A DNA stretch of 64,000 nucleotides, from assembly GCA_903831095.1 (NCBI GenBank), contig CAIKWD010000026.1, positions 136,477-200,476 of the forward strand, read 5' to 3'. The translations under genes and the position numbers were made by a program. Of the stretch, positions 38,567 through 47,633 are shown piece by piece. The first letter of the stretch is position 1. Every line of letters starts with the position of its first letter. The stretch comes from Candidatus Staskawiczbacteria bacterium (GTDB lineage Bacteria; Patescibacteriota; Minisyncoccia; Minisyncoccales; Staskawiczbacteraceae). The notes under the pieces are model-generated. The model was not told where the DNA came from. It worked only from the letters and a program-made list of their open reading frames with translations, and made no database searches.

Positions 38567-38652
38567 GCCCGAGTGGTGGAATGGTATACACGAAGGACTT
38601 AAAATCCTTTGAGGGAAACTTCATGCGGGTTCGACTCCCGCCTCGGGCACCA
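38567..38652 (+). tRNA. tRNA-Leu(UAA), CCA encoded; integration target
   Basis: Acceptor GCCCGAG/CTCGGGC, anticodon loop CTTAAAA, long variable arm, T-loop TTCGACT. Confidence 0.88.
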
Positions 38653-40206
38653 GTAGCTCCTTAGTAAAACTTTACGCTCGTTTTGGAAGGTTTTTATTAT
38701 TTTTGTGGGTTCAGAACGGACGATTATCCTGTCTTTTACCCAAAAGCCTTCCCAGAATAGCGACAAATAAAGCCTCTTTAAGTCATTAGGGGCTTTTTTG
38801 TATGCTCCATAAACATCTCTTGCCAACATTAGTATTTTCCTAATAGTCTCAAAATCTATCTCATTTTCTCGTTCAAGTTCTCCGATTTGGCTGTTTATGT
38901 CATTTTCTTCGCCTCGTAGTCGGTCTTTTATCCTCCCATAGTCCTCATCATCGAGAATGCCCGAAATCAATTTTTTTTCGGCTACCTCCCGATATTTTTC
39001 AATACCCATTTTCTTATTAAGCTGAATTCTCACCTTTTGTTTTTTATCTTTTTGTTGTTTTTCGTAGTATTTTTCAACTTTATGAATAATAAGTTTAATA
39101 AAAGTTTCACTGAATTTGATTGTTTTAAATTGGTTTTCCACTTGTTCTTCCAGCTCTTCTGCTGTGATATTTTGTCCTTTATTACTATGGCTCATACTTA
39201 TAACTTTAATACCACAGCGATAATAGTCATGGCTTTTTCCAGGACGACGTTTTTCCGCCACATATCTTCCTTGGCAAATATCACAAAAAATGAAACCACG
39301 TAGGAGAAAATTGTGAATCCTTCTCCTACTTTGGTGCATATTATGGATGTCCATAATATTGGTTATTCGGTTATGTTCTTCTACACTTATCATTGCTTCA
39401 TGATTTCCTGTTTTTTCTTGTCCATTCCATCTCAATATTCCGCAATAGTAGGGGTCTCTGAGGATTTTTATCATAACGCTGTTGCAGATTCTCTTATCAT
39501 TTTTAGACCTTAATCCTTTTGTATATAGGATGTCTGATATTTCTAACGCTGAGTAATTATCTGTCAGATACATTTTCAACCCTTGTTTAACCAAATCAAA
39601 TTTTTCAGGGTCTTTGATTATTATTCCCTTAGTTTTACTTTTTTTGGTAAAATAATCTTCATTTGCCAAGCTACGCTTCTGGAATTCTTGTACGTCTCCA
39701 TTTCCATCAATTCTTTTATTGAGGTAACCAATCGGTGCCCAGCCAGGATAATCTCCTAAATCGAACTTGGTCTGCATTCCTTTTTTAGTTTTTCTTCCAG
39801 TAATTTGTGATTGAAATTGGTTAACACTGGCGACAATAGTATCTATCATATTTCCTTCCGGACTATCATCTATCATTGGTTGAGCAACAGATATTACTTT
39901 GACGCCAACTTTTTTTAGGACTGTTTTTATGGTTAAGTGGTCATTTGTATTTCGTGCCAACCGATCTGTTTCTTGTACTATAACAATATTAATAGACTTA
40001 TCCTGCTGGCATCTTGCAAGCATATCTTGCAAAGCAGGTCTGTTAAGATTAGTGGCAGATTTTCCCTCATCAACATAAATACCCGCTACTTCGTAGTCGT
40101 TATCTCCTGCAAATTTCTTACAAAAGTTTTCTTGGGTAAGCAGGGAATTGTTGTTTTTTGCCTGTTCTTCCGTGCTTACTCGACAATATATTAGTGCTTG
40201 TTCCAT
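38599..40206 (-). CDS. Large serine recombinase
   Basis: ALIYCRVSTEEQ catalytic-Ser resolvase domain, recombinase domain, zinc ribbon (CDICQGRY...YYRCG) and coiled coil. The last 17 codons are the reverse complement of the tRNA-Leu 3' half. Confidence 0.85.
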   Translation of the reverse strand: MEQALIYCRVSTEEQAKNNNSLLTQENFCKKFAGDNDYEVAGIYVDEGKSATNLNRPALQDMLARCQQDKSINIVIVQETDRLARNTNDHLTIKTVLKKVGVKVISVAQPMIDDSPEGNMIDTIVASVNQFQSQITGRKTKKGMQTKFDLGDYPGWAPIGYLNKRIDGNGDVQEFQKRSLANEDYFTKKSKTKGIIIKDPEKFDLVKQGLKMYLTDNYSALEISDILYTKGLRSKNDKRICNSVMIKILRDPYYCGILRWNGQEKTGNHEAMISVEEHNRITNIMDIHNMHQSRRRIHNFLLRGFIFCDICQGRYVAEKRRPGKSHDYYRCGIKVISMSHSNKGQNITAEELEEQVENQFKTIKFSETFIKLIIHKVEKYYEKQQKDKKQKVRIQLNKKMGIEKYREVAEKKLISGILDDEDYGRIKDRLRGEENDINSQIGELERENEIDFETIRKILMLARDVYGAYKKAPNDLKRLYLSLFWEGFWVKDRIIVRSEPTKIIKTFQNERKVLLRSYWCPRRESNPHEVSLKGF

Positions 40207-40407
40207 AATTTTATAAACTAAAAGGAGCTGGATGCAAAAGATTATTGTTGAAGTAATCAGGCACCAGCTCCTCATTTGTATGTTAGCAAAATAAAAACCT
40301 TTTGCAAAACACCTAATTACTTCAACGATTTAATTAAAGCTCTTATCCATCTATAAAGCAACAGTCAATCCCAGTTTTTCAGTTATTTATCCCTTAAGGA
40401 AAAAAAA

Positions 40408-41430
40408 CTAAAGAGCAGATTTTTTACTAACTTTGAAGTAGAGGAAAGTATTGTGCCCTAACCTCTCTATTCTAACTTCTCCAACTGTTTCGAGCTCTTT
40501 CAAAGCGGTTCTTATTTTGTTAAACCCAACTTGAATGCTCTTATTTATTTCTTCGCAGACAGTTTTTAAGTCTTTACCTGCTTCAGGATTTAAAACTGTT
40601 AATGCAATATCTTTAATTTCTTTCATTCCATGTAATTGAGGTTGAACATAATCAACAAACCTAAAATTAAGCCCGTTTTCTCTATCAGTTTTGACTATGA
40701 ACGATTTTTCGGCTTTGCTTCTTCTTGCTTTGCCTTGAGTTAATTGAAGAATTTCCAATTCATTATCTTCACCCTTAATCTCGATATGGGAATCGATTGC
40801 TCCATGTATAGCAGAAGACCCTCTCATACGTAAACTAGGGTTAACACTGTCGTCATTTTTTTTGTGATGATGAATTATTAAAACCGTAGCTCCTGCACGT
40901 GTAATCTGTTTAACTGCGTCCATAACTTTTTGCATCCCATTTGAAGCGTTCTCATCACTATTGTGTAGAGCAATGAGAGGATCCAAAATGACGAGGTTTA
41001 TTTTTTTTCTTTTTACAAAGTTAACAACTTTTCCTATACCTGCCTTTTGATCTATCTTCACTTCGCATTCAGAGGAAATAAAAATTCTTTTACACGACCT
41101 GAATTTCATATCTTTCATCCTACTATTTATTTCAGAAAAATCAGTTTCGCCATCAACAAAAAGGACAGATCCTTTTTTTGCATTAAACTTATCGAAAACC
41201 TTTTTTTGTGAAGCTATGCATTGCATTATATGAAGTGCTACCCAACTTTTGCCACATCCTGGCTGCCCCGAAATTATGGTTATTCCTTTTTCAGGGATTA
41301 GGTTTTCTACTAGAAAGCGATTTTTTGGAAACTTCATTTTGAGTACGTCGCCTATTGGTACGGGATCAAAACTTGTTATTTCCTCTATTTCTTTTAATCT
41401 TTTTTCTAACTCGAAAATATTTTCTTCCAT
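40408..41430 (-). CDS. RecA-fold AAA_25/RepA-like ATPase with C-terminal wHTH
   Basis: Walker A SGQPGCGKSW, Walker B LVILDPL and LIIHHHKK. Confidence 0.75.
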   Translation of the reverse strand: MEENIFELEKRLKEIEEITSFDPVPIGDVLKMKFPKNRFLVENLIPEKGITIISGQPGCGKSWVALHIMQCIASQKKVFDKFNAKKGSVLFVDGETDFSEINSRMKDMKFRSCKRIFISSECEVKIDQKAGIGKVVNFVKRKKINLVILDPLIALHNSDENASNGMQKVMDAVKQITRAGATVLIIHHHKKNDDSVNPSLRMRGSSAIHGAIDSHIEIKGEDNELEILQLTQGKARRSKAEKSFIVKTDRENGLNFRFVDYVQPQLHGMKEIKDIALTVLNPEAGKDLKTVCEEINKSIQVGFNKIRTALKELETVGEVRIERLGHNTFLYFKVSKKSAL

Positions 41431-41462
41431 ACTTTTACATTTAATGGTTATTATTAATTTCG

Positions 41463-41633
41463 TTATTTTGATCCAGGAGGACTTTTATTTTTTTCTTTAG
41501 ATTTTTCAATTTGTTCAATCAAAAGATGTGCAATCGCTTCTGCGAGCTTCTCTTCTTCGACACTCCATTCCTGGTTATCCCTTTTGTCCTCAGAGGGATT
41601 ATCTTTTGATATTAAAAAAGCCTGATTTTTCAT
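41463..41633 (-). CDS. Small acidic ORF (56 aa), below the track cutoff
   Basis: Hand-translated as MKNQAFLISKDNPSEDKRDNQEWSVEEEKLAEAIAHLLIEQIEKSKEKNKSPPGSK. Sits directly upstream of the ATPase. Confidence 0.3.
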   Translation of the reverse strand: MKNQAFLISKDNPSEDKRDNQEWSVEEEKLAEAIAHLLIEQIEKSKEKNKSPPGSK

Positions 41634-41676
41634 CAGGTTCTTTATAAAGCATTAGATATCGTCTGAATTCAGATGA

Positions 41677-42375
41677 CTAAGTACTAGTTGGTAAATATCT
41701 TGGGTTTATTCTTATTTTTTTGCTATCTTTTTTTATAAAATCTTTTATACCAGTTTCAATAGCTATCTCATCATTGATACTGTCTCCCGCTGAATCAAAT
41801 TTTTTCCAATAAAGTTTTGGTAATTTAATAAGGTTCATTTTTTTTAAATCGTCCCATTCCTCTAACATTTTGTCATAATAAAACCAACCTTCCAGGGGTT
41901 CTTTAAAAATTATATCAAGCATTTCTTTTTGGTGATATTTTTTATTGAAATCTATCTTTTTATCTAAAAAGTATAAAATGCCATCTTTATATTCTGGTTT
42001 TGAAACCTTATTATCTTTTTCTGTGGTAGCTCTTTTAAGGGCTTTTTTAAATTCCATTAAATAGGTTAGATCGGAATTTGTAATGTGTATTTTTACATAA
42101 CTGTCCTTTCCATTGCTTCTTGGAATAAATTTATAATCAATCAATGGGATTTCTTTCCAAATCAGAAGAAATACATTTTCAATGTCATCCTCTGTTAGTC
42201 CTTGTTTTGAAAACTGTTCACCATTTATTCTTATATCTACATCTCGTATTATTTCGTTATTTACATCTTCTAAAGAAAAAAATAACTCTGTTTCAATGAG
42301 TGTTAAAACCCTTATGGCTCTTTCTATAACTAGTTCTGGTAAATAATTTAAACTTTTACTTATGTCTATTTTCAT
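41677..42375 (-). CDS. Hypothetical protein
   Basis: 232-aa ORF with no recognised motif. Confidence 0.55.
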   Translation of the reverse strand: MKIDISKSLNYLPELVIERAIRVLTLIETELFFSLEDVNNEIIRDVDIRINGEQFSKQGLTEDDIENVFLLIWKEIPLIDYKFIPRSNGKDSYVKIHITNSDLTYLMEFKKALKRATTEKDNKVSKPEYKDGILYFLDKKIDFNKKYHQKEMLDIIFKEPLEGWFYYDKMLEEWDDLKKMNLIKLPKLYWKKFDSAGDSINDEIAIETGIKDFIKKDSKKIRINPRYLPTST

Positions 42376-42583
42376 TAGTCTATTTTGCCACTTTTGGTAT
42401 TTTTTTCAAGTTTGGAATACCCAAAATTCAGCGATCTATCCATGGAGTCATAGAAATGCCCATTTCTTCATGGAACTCCTTGTATATGGTCTTTTATGGT
42501 GCTAAAACACATCTCTCTAACATTATGTCGCCACATCTGAACTTGTAGAAAATGTTTAAAGTCACAAACCATTATTTTATATT

Positions 42584-43597
42584 CTAGTAATAGTTCTCTA
42601 CGGTAACTGAATAATCACTATTCCAGTTACTTAGATGGAGATAATATTGTCCTGGAGGCAACGAGTATTCGTTGAAGGTTTTACTTATTGGGCAATCGAC
42701 TGTTGTAGCAAAATTATCACTTTGAGGATAGGGCTGGCTTGGGTCGGTTGCCTCAATAATTCCGTTAAACCATCCAGCATTCAGGCTAGAATCAGATGTG
42801 GTGCAACTATATGTAATTCTTGATTGATTACCTCTTAAAGAAAAAGATGTAGTGTTGTTTCCTGAGGTGTCACTATACGAAAAAGCTGTGTGCCAAGTAG
42901 CAAGTGTGTTGCAAGTACCGTTACTACAGGTTTGGCTTGAATTGCAGGTTTGCTGTAGCTGCTGAGTTTTACTGTTTGAGCAATAAGATTGTAGAGTGCC
43001 TGCTTTATTGCAAATATAAGTTATATAATTTTGGTAAACTGCATTATTCTGACAAGAGGGGCTTCCTGTTAGGGCATTAGTACCGCACTGGTTATCAGTA
43101 GAACAACTAATACTCGCGACTGGAGTAGGTGTCGGCGTGGGTTGGGTTGTGGCAGGTTGTTGAGTAGGTATTGTTTTTTTTGCTTTTGTTGCAGGTAACT
43201 GTATTTGTGTCCATGTGCCACAATTTTTAGATTGGAAACCTTTATCAGTTGAAGATATGGTTACGATAGCTGAAGTATCGGTATTTTCATTATCGATAAT
43301 ATCTGCACTGGTTCCTCCAAAACCGCTAAGTCTCGCATAATAACAATTTGACCCACCTGAATTGCGATAGGTACCAGATTGAATGTCGGTTCCAACAATG
43401 TATGTTCCATCACCGAATGATGTTAATGGAGATTTTGGAACAGACGCTGACTGAGTTGGAGTTGGTGCTGATGTAGGCGATGGAGTAGAGCCTTGATTTC
43501 CGGCGTTCGCGATAATAATTATAAAAATTACCACTAATGCCCAAAACCACCAGCGTGTATAGAATTTCTTTTTAGGTTCTTCTGTTTGATTTTCCAT
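42584..43597 (-). CDS. Membrane-anchored secreted protein with Pro/Thr linkers and a Cys-rich module
   Basis: N-terminal TM helix, PTPT-rich linkers and repeated C-x-C motifs. Confidence 0.6.
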   Translation of the reverse strand: MENQTEEPKKKFYTRWWFWALVVIFIIIIANAGNQGSTPSPTSAPTPTQSASVPKSPLTSFGDGTYIVGTDIQSGTYRNSGGSNCYYARLSGFGGTSADIIDNENTDTSAIVTISSTDKGFQSKNCGTWTQIQLPATKAKKTIPTQQPATTQPTPTPTPVASISCSTDNQCGTNALTGSPSCQNNAVYQNYITYICNKAGTLQSYCSNSKTQQLQQTCNSSQTCSNGTCNTLATWHTAFSYSDTSGNNTTSFSLRGNQSRITYSCTTSDSSLNAGWFNGIIEATDPSQPYPQSDNFATTVDCPISKTFNEYSLPPGQYYLHLSNWNSDYSVTVENYY

Positions 43598-43641
43598 ATT
43601 TTTATTTATTATTTTTAATTAAGATTAAAATAAATAAATTG

Positions 43642-44382
43642 CTATTGAGTAATCGTCGTCCAATCAGTGCATTGAAAATTATCGCTTAAACTTGATCCAG
43701 TAAGGATTGTGGTATTCATACTGCCGTGAAGACACTTGTTGGTTCGAGTAACACTGATAACAGGAACCCAAATATTCCTACTAATAAATGCATTTGTTTG
43801 AGAAAGCGACTGGCTCAACACTCCGGTGCCATATACCTGAAGGAATTGTAGTATAGGGCTACTTTTATCTTGAAGACTAGCAACCGCGGAAGTATATGTT
43901 GCACTATCATCAATCTCGAGCATCATCTCTGGCTGAGAAGGGTCAAATGGATTGATGATTTCAATATAATTACTATTTCCCCCTCTACCGCCTTTAGGTA
44001 AAAAACTATTGACCATACCAATCATAGAAATGGTTTTACCAAGATAAGCTCCAGGATTAGAACTGTATAACTCAAAGGAAACGGGGGTGTAAACCGAATA
44101 GTCTATGGATAATGAACTTGTTTGCGGGGCAGGAGTTAACACGGGCAAAGTAGGTGTGATAACCGTGGGCGTTGTATTTTCAGAAACCGACGGCACAGGT
44201 TGCGTAGTTGCTTTTTGAGCCAATATTTGCTGTATTTGTTGCTCCAATTGTGCAATCATTTGAGTAAGCAACTGGATTAGTTGTTGGGTTAATTGTGCCT
44301 GGGTTGATACGGTTTGTGCTGTTGCAAAAACGGGCATTATTAAAAATGATGCCAAGACTAACGAGATTAAAAGTTTTTTCAT
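43642..44382 (-). CDS. Secreted protein with Gln-rich coiled segment
   Basis: Signal peptide ...VFATAQ and a QLTQQLIQLLTQMIAQLEQQIQQILAQ segment. Confidence 0.6.
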   Translation of the reverse strand: MKKLLISLVLASFLIMPVFATAQTVSTQAQLTQQLIQLLTQMIAQLEQQIQQILAQKATTQPVPSVSENTTPTVITPTLPVLTPAPQTSSLSIDYSVYTPVSFELYSSNPGAYLGKTISMIGMVNSFLPKGGRGGNSNYIEIINPFDPSQPEMMLEIDDSATYTSAVASLQDKSSPILQFLQVYGTGVLSQSLSQTNAFISRNIWVPVISVTRTNKCLHGSMNTTILTGSSLSDNFQCTDWTTITQ

Positions 44383-44419
44383 ATTTTTAATTTTTTACCA
44401 GAGGAAGGATTTTTTACAC

Positions 44420-44555
44420 AAAAAGCCCACCACGGGTAGAGACCGAAGTCTCTCATATAGGTTTCCCTATACGGCGATCAAACACAACCCCATGATGGGT
44501 TCTTTATGTTTGATCGTCTTTAGTGCCATGCCCATAGATAACTATGAGTTTAGGC
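44420..44555 (-). ncRNA. Unclassified structured RNA motif, copy 2
   Basis: Homologous to 3761-3900. Contains a C(UUCG)G-capped hairpin and a GAAA-capped hairpin. Ends GTGGTGGGCTTTTT about 35 nt before ATG 44382. Confidence 0.45.
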
Positions 44556-44634
44556 GAATTATTAAATTGTTATTTCAATTATGCCTTTAAAATGTTAAAT
44601 AATCAACAAAATAGATAATATTTAGTGACAATCA

Positions 44635-44663
44635 TTGACATAGATACCTCATTTTGCTACAAT
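44635..44663 (+). promoter_or_regulatory. Near-consensus sigma70-type promoter
   Basis: TTGACA (44635-44640), a 17-nt spacer, then TACAAT (44658-44663), about 44 nt before ATG 44707. Confidence 0.55.
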
Positions 44664-44706
44664 ACATCATTACGTTATAAATATAATCATTTAATAAAAA
44701 AATACT

Positions 44707-44943
44707 ATGCCAAGAAAAAGGATCCTTACAAACGAAAATAAACGAGAAAGATTTTTGAGATTAGCCAGTCATAGGACACAAGATGTTTTAAACCGTCTGC
44801 GTGTTTTAGGTAATTGTGCTAATCATTCTGTTTATGAATACAGCAAGGATGATATAGATAAAATTTTTTCAGCTTTAAAGGATCAGCTCAAAACCGTTGA
44901 GGCAAAATTTCATTTTCCAAAACACAAAGAATTTAAATTATAA
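44707..44943 (+). CDS. Small basic helical protein
   Basis: 78 aa. First gene after the promoter. Confidence 0.55.
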   Translation: MPRKRILTNENKRERFLRLASHRTQDVLNRLRVLGNCANHSVYEYSKDDIDKIFSALKDQLKTVEAKFHFPKHKEFKL

Positions 44944-44954
44944 ATAAAAATTTT

Positions 44955-45545
44955 ATGGAAAAAATAGACATAACAAAGCAAGACAAAATAATATTAGTTA
45001 TTTCGGAAATCTCTGATTCAACAAAAAAAAGTATCAAATTTGAAGAGATTGCAGTAGGTTTGTTCAAAAAATTTCCTAAAGATTTCCATTTAAGAGGTTA
45101 TAACAATTATCCTGATTCTGGAGATGCCGTGAAGAGGGCATTATACACGCTTAGGGATAGGGGTTTTCTTTCGGTAAATAATATGATATTTAGTTTAACA
45201 GAAAAAGGAATAGATTCTGGGAAAAAGATGCTATATCATATTAAGGGCAATAAAATCGTTCAAACTGATAATTTAGACAGATATATTCTTAGTGAAATAA
45301 ATAGAATTAAAAGATTAGAATCTTTTAACATGTTTATAAATGGTAAATCAAAAGATATATCTTTGACTGATCTTTTTAATTATTTAGGAGTCAGCGTTAG
45401 AACAAATAGAATGGATTTTAAGGCTAAACTTCATTTTATTGAAGAAGTAGTAGAAAAGATTGGTAAGAAGGATAAAGTATTTAAATTCCATAATTTTATA
45501 GTTAAAAAGTTTGAACAAGATATTGATTATAAGTTAAATAATTGA
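44955..45545 (+). CDS. Putative winged-helix protein
   Basis: 196 aa. The N-terminal ~90 aa (ILVISEIS...IAVGLFKKFP...AVKRALYTLRDRGFLSV...FSLTEKG) has a wHTH-like pattern. Confidence 0.5.
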   Translation: MEKIDITKQDKIILVISEISDSTKKSIKFEEIAVGLFKKFPKDFHLRGYNNYPDSGDAVKRALYTLRDRGFLSVNNMIFSLTEKGIDSGKKMLYHIKGNKIVQTDNLDRYILSEINRIKRLESFNMFINGKSKDISLTDLFNYLGVSVRTNRMDFKAKLHFIEEVVEKIGKKDKVFKFHNFIVKKFEQDIDYKLNN

Positions 45546-45549
45546 AAAT

Positions 45550-47625
45550 ATGACACAGTATAAAATTTTAGAGGAAAAAAATGAATACGACGACAATATA
45601 CTAGATATTTTTGGTAATAGTTTTAAATTTGAACATCCTAAAGGAATTTCGGAATGGTTAAAAAATTCAGCAGACGCATATAAAAGAGACCGTATGTCTG
45701 GGAAAGACCAACCGATTATTTTGAATTTCAGTGATGCTGATAAGAAATCTATTAAATTTACATGTATTGATTTTGTCGGAATGATGGAAGAAGATATTAA
45801 TAAATTCAAGCGTTGGGGAGATCCGATTGCTGCTACTAGGGGTAAAAAGAATTTAACGACATACGGTGGTCATGGGAATGGGGGTAAATTTTATATGAGG
45901 CAGATGTTTGAAAAATCATTTTTTATAACATATAGAAATAACCTTTTAAATATTTATGGATTTAATGATAAAAAAAGATATGGCTATTTAGAAAATTTTA
46001 GAAATATTGAATTATCTCCAGTAGAAGCATTAAAAATCGCCGATATAGATTATGGCATAGTACCACCAAATATTTTAAAGCTAATATTGTCTGGAGATAG
46101 AGGATTTACCGTTTTTAATGGTTTTGGACCAAAAGAGATAAGGGGGGACATAAAAATGGACAAACTACTGCAGAAAATAAGAAACCATCCACAAGCTAGG
46201 TCTGTTTTAGATAGGAACAAAATATCGATTTTTTATAATAATCAGCTTATTGAAGAGAGACTAAATCCAGAAGTTATTAAACCATTGATTGAATTTGAGA
46301 ATGACAGAAAAATAGTTATACCACAAAAAATAAAATTAGGAGATAAGTCAATCACTACTTCTAATAGTGATTTCCCTCAAGGGTATTTATTACTGAAAAC
46401 ATCTGAGACAGCATTTAGCAGCTATACTGCCTTAGAGGAGTTAAATAGGATAGATTTTATTAGTAATAAAATAGGAGTTATAGCATCTTACAAATTATCT
46501 GAACTTGGAGTTAAGACATTTCCTCAAGCAAGTTTTATTTATGGTGAGTGTTTCTGTCCAATATTAGAAAATCCCGATGAAGATATGGTCAGTAATGATA
46601 GGAGCAAATTAAATGAAAGTAATTTAACGAATGCAATGTTGAATTGGGTTTCTGAACAGATAGATTTATTGGCACAGGAAATTTTAAGAAAAGAACAAAA
46701 AGATCGTAAAAAGGTAAAGGCAGAGATATCTTCCAAGTTAAATGAGTATCTAAATAAATGGAAAAATGATAGTAATATAATGAAAAAAGTCTTTTCCGAA
46801 GTTTTTGGTGAAATTGGAAAAGGCGGTATTTCCTCTATCAAGAAACCAACAAGAAAAGAGAATTTAGAATTTATTAATGGTTTAAGTTTTAGTTATTCTT
46901 ATGTTAATTTACCCATAAATGAAGAATCTAATTTGACCCTGAAAGCGAATATTAGCGACATACCAGTAGGAGTGATGATAAATATATCATCAGATAATAA
47001 TCATATTGATATATTAGAAAAGGAAGTCATCATTAAGAATGATTATGTCAAAAAGACCGATAAAGGAGACCCAATCGCAGTAATAAATGTAAAGGTTATA
47101 GGTAATAAGTTGGAAGAGAGAGGAATAGTTGTAGCTACAGCAGGTCAGTATAAGACAGAGATAGGTTTTTCTATTATTGAAAATCAAGAAACTGAAAATA
47201 AAGCGAGTAAGTCGAATGTTAAAATCTTGTTATCAGGTATAGATGAAGATCCGTTGGGCATTGCCTCTGAAGGTAAATTATTTTTAAATCCTAGGGAGCC
47301 ATTGATATATCAAAGACCAAGGGATTTCGATGAGGGGATATATTGGATTAATACCCAGAGCTATCTCGCTGATTCTATATTGGATAAATTAGGAGAAGGT
47401 TCTCTTGTGTGGAGAAATTACTTAATTCAAAGGTATGTCGAGGTTTTCTTAAAAGAAGCTATCTATAAATTACAAAAAAATAACCCAGATTCGTTTAACG
47501 CTGAAAAAGTTGACAATGAAATATTTGGCAAATATAGCACAAGTTTATACGAGAAAATAACGAAAGATTTAGATAGGTTTTTATTAGAAGAATATTATGA
47601 CCCATCGAGTAATTTAAATAAATAA
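45550..47625 (+). CDS. GHKL-superfamily (HATPase_c_3/MORC-like) ATPase, 691 aa
   Basis: N-box EWLKNSADA, G1 IDFVGM and G2 YGGHGNGGKFYMRQMF in the first ~120 aa. The C-terminal ~550 aa are unassigned. Confidence 0.72.
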   Translation: MTQYKILEEKNEYDDNILDIFGNSFKFEHPKGISEWLKNSADAYKRDRMSGKDQPIILNFSDADKKSIKFTCIDFVGMMEEDINKFKRWGDPIAATRGKKNLTTYGGHGNGGKFYMRQMFEKSFFITYRNNLLNIYGFNDKKRYGYLENFRNIELSPVEALKIADIDYGIVPPNILKLILSGDRGFTVFNGFGPKEIRGDIKMDKLLQKIRNHPQARSVLDRNKISIFYNNQLIEERLNPEVIKPLIEFENDRKIVIPQKIKLGDKSITTSNSDFPQGYLLLKTSETAFSSYTALEELNRIDFISNKIGVIASYKLSELGVKTFPQASFIYGECFCPILENPDEDMVSNDRSKLNESNLTNAMLNWVSEQIDLLAQEILRKEQKDRKKVKAEISSKLNEYLNKWKNDSNIMKKVFSEVFGEIGKGGISSIKKPTRKENLEFINGLSFSYSYVNLPINEESNLTLKANISDIPVGVMINISSDNNHIDILEKEVIIKNDYVKKTDKGDPIAVINVKVIGNKLEERGIVVATAGQYKTEIGFSIIENQETENKASKSNVKILLSGIDEDPLGIASEGKLFLNPREPLIYQRPRDFDEGIYWINTQSYLADSILDKLGEGSLVWRNYLIQRYVEVFLKEAIYKLQKNNPDSFNAEKVDNEIFGKYSTSLYEKITKDLDRFLLEEYYDPSSNLNK

Positions 47626-47633
47626 ATATCAAC

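Noticed and set aside
3761-44555. The two inverted ~140-bp homologous segments considered as terminal inverted repeats of a 40-kb transposon or invertible segment.
   Set aside because: They are only about 70-75% identical, with helix-preserving substitutions that indicate RNA-level selection. The interval between them is core housekeeping DNA (nusA, infB, tig, clpP, pyk).
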